64,000 nucleotides of DNA. Source: Bordetella parapertussis. GTDB taxonomy: Bacteria > Pseudomonadota > Gammaproteobacteria > Burkholderiales > Casimicrobiaceae. The stretch spans positions 64,629 through 128,628 of the forward strand of contig CALQLA020000001.1 in the NCBI GenBank assembly GCA_943331295.2. The letters are read 5' to 3'. Positions 59,374 to 64,000 of the stretch are shown here, in pieces (the first letter of the stretch is position 1; every line of letters starts with the position of its first letter). The position numbers and the translations under genes are program-made. The notes under the pieces are model-generated. The model saw nothing but the letters and a program-made list of their open reading frames with translations. It did no database searches and was not told the DNA's origin.

Positions 59374-60785
59374 CCTACGACGATTATCCGGACACCGTGC
59401 CCTGGTACTGGAATTCCCTCGACTTCGCGCAACTCGCCCGAGACTACCCGCCGCCGCCCGACTACTTCCGGACCACGTTCCGGATGTCGCGCGACGAACT
59501 GCACGCGCTGCAGGAGAGGCGCTTCCTCGCCACCGTGCAGCGCGGCTGGGAGATTCCGTTCTTCCAGCGGCACTGGCGCGCGGCCGGCATGGACGAGGGC
59601 TCGGTCCGCTCGCTCGCGGACCTGCCGTCGATCCCGCCCTACGGCGTGGCGGAGATCCGCGAGAGCATCGACCGCAATCCGCCGTTCGGCGACTTCATGG
59701 GCATCTCGCCCGAAGACGGCAAGCGGATGCCGCTGGTGCTGCAGACGAGCGGCGGCACGACCGGCCTGCCGCGACCGATGCTCTATTCGCCGCAGGACCG
59801 CGAGACGATGGCGATCCTCGGCGGCCGGCGCTTCGCGCTGCACGGCATCCGCCCCGGCGACATGGTGCTCGTCACCTACTCGCTCGGCCTCGGCAACGGC
59901 GGCATGGCCCCGCGCGAGGCGCTGTGGCGCTACACCGGCGCGGTGCCGGTGATGACCGGCAGCGGTGCCAACACGCCGACGCGCCGGCAGATCGAGATCG
60001 TCAAGGCCTGGGGCGTCAAGGTGATCCTCGGCTTCCCGTCGTACCTGCGCCACATGGCGCTGGTGGCGCGCGACGAGATGGGGATCGACCCGCACAGCCT
60101 CGGCATCCGCCTGCTCGGCACGCACCTCGGCATGGACAACCGCGCCGAGATCGAGGCGCTGTGGAACGCGCCGGCGCACGACATGTACGGCACCCACGAA
60201 AGCGGGATGATGGGCGCCGAATGCACGCACCGGACCGGCATGCACGTGATGGAGGACGCCTTCATCCTCGAGATCGCCGATCCCGGGACGGGCGCCCTGC
60301 TGGCCGACGGCGAGAAGGGAACGATCTACATCACGACGCTCTACAAGTACGGGGCGCCGCAGATCCGCTTCAATGTCAACGACATCAGCGCGTACCGCAC
60401 CGACACGTGCCCGTGCGGCAGCACGATGCGCCGCCTCGACCGGATCTACGGCCGCAACGACAACATGATCAAGCTGCGGGGCGTCAACGTGTTCCCCGAG
60501 GCCGTGGGCGCCGCGGTGGCCGAGGACCGCCGCACCAACGGCGAATTCTTCTGCGTCGTCGAGCGCGTCGGCGAAGCGGGCGTGGACCAGATGGAAGTGC
60601 GCGTCGAGGTGATCGACGCCGCCGCCGACCGGAGCCTCGTCAAGAGCGATCTCGAGCGCCGCCTGAAGGAGGTGCTGGGCGTGAAGGTTGCCGTCACCCC
60701 GGTCGACCGCGGCGCGCTCGATCCGCTGACGGGCACGTCGCAGACGTCGAAGATCAAGCGGCTCCTCGACCGCCGCAAGGCGTAG
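59370..60785 (+). CDS. phenylacetate-CoA ligase family (PaaK / coenzyme F390 synthetase-like) adenylate-forming enzyme
   Basis: ATGA overlap with the SDR gene. Motifs [17 protein letters not shown] and the C-terminal KIKRLLDRR. Confidence 0.85.
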   Translation: MTYDDYPDTVPWYWNSLDFAQLARDYPPPPDYFRTTFRMSRDELHALQERRFLATVQRGWEIPFFQRHWRAAGMDEGSVRSLADLPSIPPYGVAEIRESIDRNPPFGDFMGISPEDGKRMPLVLQTSGGTTGLPRPMLYSPQDRETMAILGGRRFALHGIRPGDMVLVTYSLGLGNGGMAPREALWRYTGAVPVMTGSGANTPTRRQIEIVKAWGVKVILGFPSYLRHMALVARDEMGIDPHSLGIRLLGTHLGMDNRAEIEALWNAPAHDMYGTHESGMMGAECTHRTGMHVMEDAFILEIADPGTGALLADGEKGTIYITTLYKYGAPQIRFNVNDISAYRTDTCPCGSTMRRLDRIYGRNDNMIKLRGVNVFPEAVGAAVAEDRRTNGEFFCVVERVGEAGVDQMEVRVEVIDAAADRSLVKSDLERRLKEVLGVKVAVTPVDRGALDPLTGTSQTSKIKRLLDRRKA

Positions 60786-60836
60786 TCCGCCCGCTGGGGC
60801 GTCGAACCGGCGGCGGCACCTGCCGACGACGCCGGT

Positions 60837-61448
60837 TCAGCCCGGCGCCGCCGCGCGCAGAAGCAGGCAGGCGGCGAGCATGCCGGGATCGTCGTGGCCG
60901 GCCGACTTCGCGCCGTACATCCGCGCGCGCCCGATCCTCGCCTCCCGCGGCCGGAACTCGGACAGCGCGGCTTCGGCGGCGCCTGTCGCCACCGCGAGCG
61001 GATCGGCAGTCGCAGCCGGATCCGCCGCCGCGAGCCCCGCTTCTATCTGCAGCAGCGAATCGAGGATGGTCTTGTCGCCGCCGGCGGCGCCCGACCGCCC
61101 GGTGATCGCCGCCGTGGCCGCCGCGAGCGCGACCCGGATGTCGGGCACGGCCAGCGCGTCTTTTCCACGCACGCTGCGCCCGGCCGCCGACAGCCCCATC
61201 GCCAGCACGGCGCCGAGGCTGGATCCGGTGGCGCGGCTGGTTTCACGCCCCAGGGCCAGCAGCGCGGCGCCTACGTCCGGCGGCAGCGCGGGCGCGGCCG
61301 CCTGCCACGCCGCAACCACGTCGGCGACCGTCATCCCCGTGTCGCCGTCGCCCAGGTGCCGGTCGGCGGCGTTGAGCTCGTCGCGGATCGGATCGATGCG
61401 CCCGGCGATCCGCTCGATCGCCTGCGCGAGGTCGTTCGCCGTCGGCAT
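60837..61448 (-). CDS. dhaL: dihydroxyacetone kinase family, ADP/ATP-binding subunit (DhaL / Dak2 domain)
   Basis: HLGDGDTGMTV motif. About 200 aa, all-helical, Ala-rich. Confidence 0.85.
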   Translation of the reverse strand: MPTANDLAQAIERIAGRIDPIRDELNAADRHLGDGDTGMTVADVVAAWQAAAPALPPDVGAALLALGRETSRATGSSLGAVLAMGLSAAGRSVRGKDALAVPDIRVALAAATAAITGRSGAAGGDKTILDSLLQIEAGLAAADPAATADPLAVATGAAEAALSEFRPREARIGRARMYGAKSAGHDDPGMLAACLLLRAAAPG

Positions 61449-61451
61449 CGG

Positions 61452-62447
61452 CTACCTCGGCCAGAACGGGCAGGCCGTCGGCGCAGCGAGCAGGGCCTCG
61501 AGCTCGGCATCGAGGTCGACCAGCGAAATCGAGCATCCGGCCATCTCCATCGACGTCGCGAAGTGCCCGACGTGGCGCACCGCAATGTCGACGCCGGCCG
61601 CGGCGAGCAACAGCGCCGCCTTCCGGTAGACGATCAGCAGTTCCTCGAGCGGCGTGGCGCCGAGGCTGTTGACCAGCAGCGCGACGCGTCCGCCGCCTTC
61701 GCCGGCACCGTCGGCCAGGAGGCGCCCGATCATCGCGGCGGCGGCATCGTCGGCCGACGGCAGCGCCCGCTGCTCGATGCCCGGTTCGCCGTGGATGCCC
61801 ATCCCGATCTCGACCTGTCCGTCGGGCACCGTGAAGCCCGGCGCGGCGGCGCCGGGGATCAGGCACGGCGACACCGCGATGCCGATCGAGCGCGTGCGCT
61901 CGGCCGTCCGCGCGGCGATGGCGGCAACGGCGGCGAGCGCGTCGCCGCGCGCCGCGGCCGCGCCCGCCGCCTTGAACGCGTAGATCATCCCGGCCACCCC
62001 GCGCCGCTTCTGCCGCTCGGCCGGCGGCGCGCTGGCGATATCGTCCGCGACGATCACGGTGGCCGTCGTGCCGCCGTCGTCGCCGAACTCGTCGCATGCC
62101 GCGCCGAAGCTCATCCGGTCGCCGCCGTAGTTGCCGAGCACGCACAGCACGCCGGCGCCGCCGTCGGCGGCGCGGATCGCCTCGCCGCAGATGTCGGCCG
62201 GCGGCCCGGCGAACACGTTGCCGACGGCGCACGACGTCAGCAGCCCTTCGGCGACGTAGCCGGCGAACACCGGCAGGTGGCCGAAGCCGCCGCCGGTGAC
62301 GACCCCGACGCGCCCTTTCGCCGCCCCCGCGCTGCGGACGACCACGCGCCCGCCTCTTCCGGTCCGTTTATAGCCTGCAAACGCCGAGCACAGCCCGTCG
62401 AGCGATTCGTCGACGTAATCGGCCGGCAGGTTGATGAGTTTCTTCAT
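61452..62447 (-). CDS. dhaK: dihydroxyacetone kinase family, substrate-binding subunit (DhaK / Dak1 domain)
   Basis: MKKLINLPADYVDESLDGL and GGGFGHLP motifs. GAGGAG RBS. Confidence 0.88.
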   Translation of the reverse strand: MKKLINLPADYVDESLDGLCSAFAGYKRTGRGGRVVVRSAGAAKGRVGVVTGGGFGHLPVFAGYVAEGLLTSCAVGNVFAGPPADICGEAIRAADGGAGVLCVLGNYGGDRMSFGAACDEFGDDGGTTATVIVADDIASAPPAERQKRRGVAGMIYAFKAAGAAAARGDALAAVAAIAARTAERTRSIGIAVSPCLIPGAAAPGFTVPDGQVEIGMGIHGEPGIEQRALPSADDAAAAMIGRLLADGAGEGGGRVALLVNSLGATPLEELLIVYRKAALLLAAAGVDIAVRHVGHFATSMEMAGCSISLVDLDAELEALLAAPTACPFWPR

Positions 62448-62747
62448 TTGGCTCCTCTTTGTCGGATGCTTCGAATGGCGGCAAAGAGGCCCGGGGCCCC
62501 CGTCTCAATTGCCCGCCGGAGCGATGGCCCGGGCCACCGCCGCGGGCGCCTTCGCCGTGACCGCGATTATGGACTAGACAGCGCGCCGCTTCTCGTTTAT
62601 TAAGTAATCAATACGCCGTCCGGCCGCGCTCGCGGGGGACCAAGGCGACCGGCCGATCGACCGCGACGGATCCGGAACCGACAGCTGCCGCACCTCGATC
62701 CGTCGCCACCTCGACGGCCGGCCGGGACGGCGGAGGAGACGCACCAG

Positions 62748-64000
62748 ATGCATGCCAGCGCGCCGGCCGCCCCCGCCAGTCCCGACCTCCTGCTCGCGCC
62801 GGTGCTCGCCTCCCGGCCGGCGCTGCCGGGATGGCTCGCCTCGATCGACGCCGTCGTCATCGCGCTCCTCAACATCGGGCTCGTCATCGAGGTCGTGCTG
62901 GTGTTCGCGAGCACGATCGCGCGCGCGCTGTTCCAGTCGTCGGTGCTGATGGGGATCGACGAGACGGCGTACCTGTACCTCGTCGTGGTCGCGTTCATGG
63001 GCGGTGCCGTGTCGTACGGACGCGGCGAGTTCATCGCGATCATGATGGTGGTCGAACGGCTGCCGGCCGCGTGGCGGAAGTTCCTCGCCGCGATGGTCGA
63101 GTGGATCGTCATCGCGATCTCGCTGCTGTTCGGCGGGTGGGCGATCCCCCTGTTCCTCTCCAACCTCGAGGAGAAGACGCTGCTGCTGGGCATCCACTAC
63201 CTGTGGATGACGCTGCCGATCGTCGTCGGCTCCGCGCTGTTCGTCCTCCACGCCGGCCTGGCCCTGTGGCGGATGCCCCTGCGCTTCGCGCTCGGCGGCG
63301 GCATCGCCGTCGGCGCGTTCGCCCTGATGATCACGCTGTCGTCGCAGGCGGCCTGGATCTTCACGCCCTGGTTCTACGCGGCGCTCGCCGCGCTGTTCTT
63401 CGCGCAGATCGCGATCGGCCTGCCGATCGGCTTCGTCCTGGCCGTCGTGGGCATCGTCTGCGTGCACGAGATCGGGTCCGGCAACATGATGGCGGTGGTG
63501 ATGAACGCGCAGCGCGGCACCGGCGGCTTCATCTTCCTCGCGCTGCCGTTCTTCATCCTCGCCGGCTTCATCATGGACCGGGCGGAGATCGGGTCGCGGC
63601 TGGTCAACTTCGTCGCGTCGCTGATCGGGCACGTCCGCGGCGGCCTGATGCAGGTGATGATCGTCGGCGTCTACATCTCGTCGGGCATCTCGGGCTCGAA
63701 GGCCGCCGACATGGCGACGATCGGCATCCCGATGAACAAGCTGCTGGGCGACCGCGGGTACCCCCCGCACGAGCGCGCGGCGCTGCTTGCGGCAGCCGCC
63801 GCGATGGGCGAATCGGTCCCGCCCAGCATCGCGATCATCATCCTCGGCTCGGTCACGTCGGTATCGACCGGGGCGCTGTTCCTCGCCGGGTTCCTGCCCG
63901 CCGCCACCGTCGGCGCTTGCCTGATGCTGCTGGTCTACGTGCGGGCGCGGATGTCCGCCTGGCCGGCGAGCCCGCGCGCGCCGCGGCGCGAGATCCTGCG
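62748..64000 (+). CDS. fused TRAP transporter small+large permease (DctQ-DctM), 3' end outside window
   Basis: Not in the ORF track because it has no stop in the window. My own translation from ATG 62748 (RBS GGAGGAG) gives a DctQ-like part (IDAVVIALLNIGLVIEVVLVF..WAIPLFLSN). This is followed by a DctM-like part (LALPFFILAGFIMDRAEIGSRLVNF, SSGISGSKAADMATIG) and stays open to base 64000. Confidence 0.8.
   Translation, partial: MHASAPAAPASPDLLLAPVLASRPALPGWLASIDAVVIALLNIGLVIEVVLVFASTIARALFQSSVLMGIDETAYLYLVVVAFMGGAVSYGRGEFIAIMMVVERLPAAWRKFLAAMVEWIVIAISLLFGGWAIPLFLSNLEEKTLLLGIHYLWMTLPIVVGSALFVLHAGLALWRMPLRFALGGGIAVGAFALMITLSSQAAWIFTPWFYAALAALFFAQIAIGLPIGFVLAVVGIVCVHEIGSGNMMAVVMNAQRGTGGFIFLALPFFILAGFIMDRAEIGSRLVNFVASLIGHVRGGLMQVMIVGVYISSGISGSKAADMATIGIPMNKLLGDRGYPPHERAALLAAAAAMGESVPPSIAIIILGSVTSVSTGALFLAGFLPAATVGACLMLLVYVRARMSAWPASPRAPRREIL

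Overview
Very GC-rich chromosomal segment; G+C was judged by eye at about two-thirds or more and was not computed. Gene content and order look like a betaproteobacterial, Burkholderiales-type core region, but that placement is inference from remembered synteny, not a search. About 60 protein genes are packed tightly, and many start/stop codons overlap (ATGA, GTGA).

The backbone is housekeeping:
- Minus-strand block: gyrA-pheA-hisC-tyrA-aroA-cmk-rpsA-ihfB-lapA-lapB-pyrF-ugd-hldA-radA.
- A second block: mtaD-ubiG-gph, dapC, dapD-map-glnD, def, an MTAP-like phosphorylase, dapE-prmB.
- TRAP transporter genes run off both window edges.

I found no rRNA, tRNA, CRISPR array, integrase, transposase or prophage genes.

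Accessory, less explained patches:
1. 3265-5795: a secreted matrixin-like zinc protease with a C-terminal dockerin-like module, coupled to a small secreted protein.
2. 5797-6572: an AT-rich promoter island followed by two small ORFs.
3. 6744-9597: a SIMPL protein plus a TPR/GT41 O-GlcNAc-transferase-like protein.
4. 45339-49234: a tight same-strand cluster of secreted creatininase-family protein, YVTN beta-propeller, 112-aa ORF, tandem-ACT protein and a eukaryote-like GT10 fucosyltransferase.
5. 50349-54253: a membrane Hanks Ser/Thr kinase with a large extracytoplasmic domain, next to a non-lipidated CsgG-like protein and another secreted protein. This is my best candidate for an undescribed system.
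6. 54320-64000: a regulator-less catabolic/transport island.

A REP-like hairpin repeat occurs at 11.1 kb and as an inverted pair at 38.7 kb.

All family assignments come from reading the translated ORFs against remembered motifs. No database search was run. Start codons are best guesses. The ORF track prints GTG/TTG starts as M.
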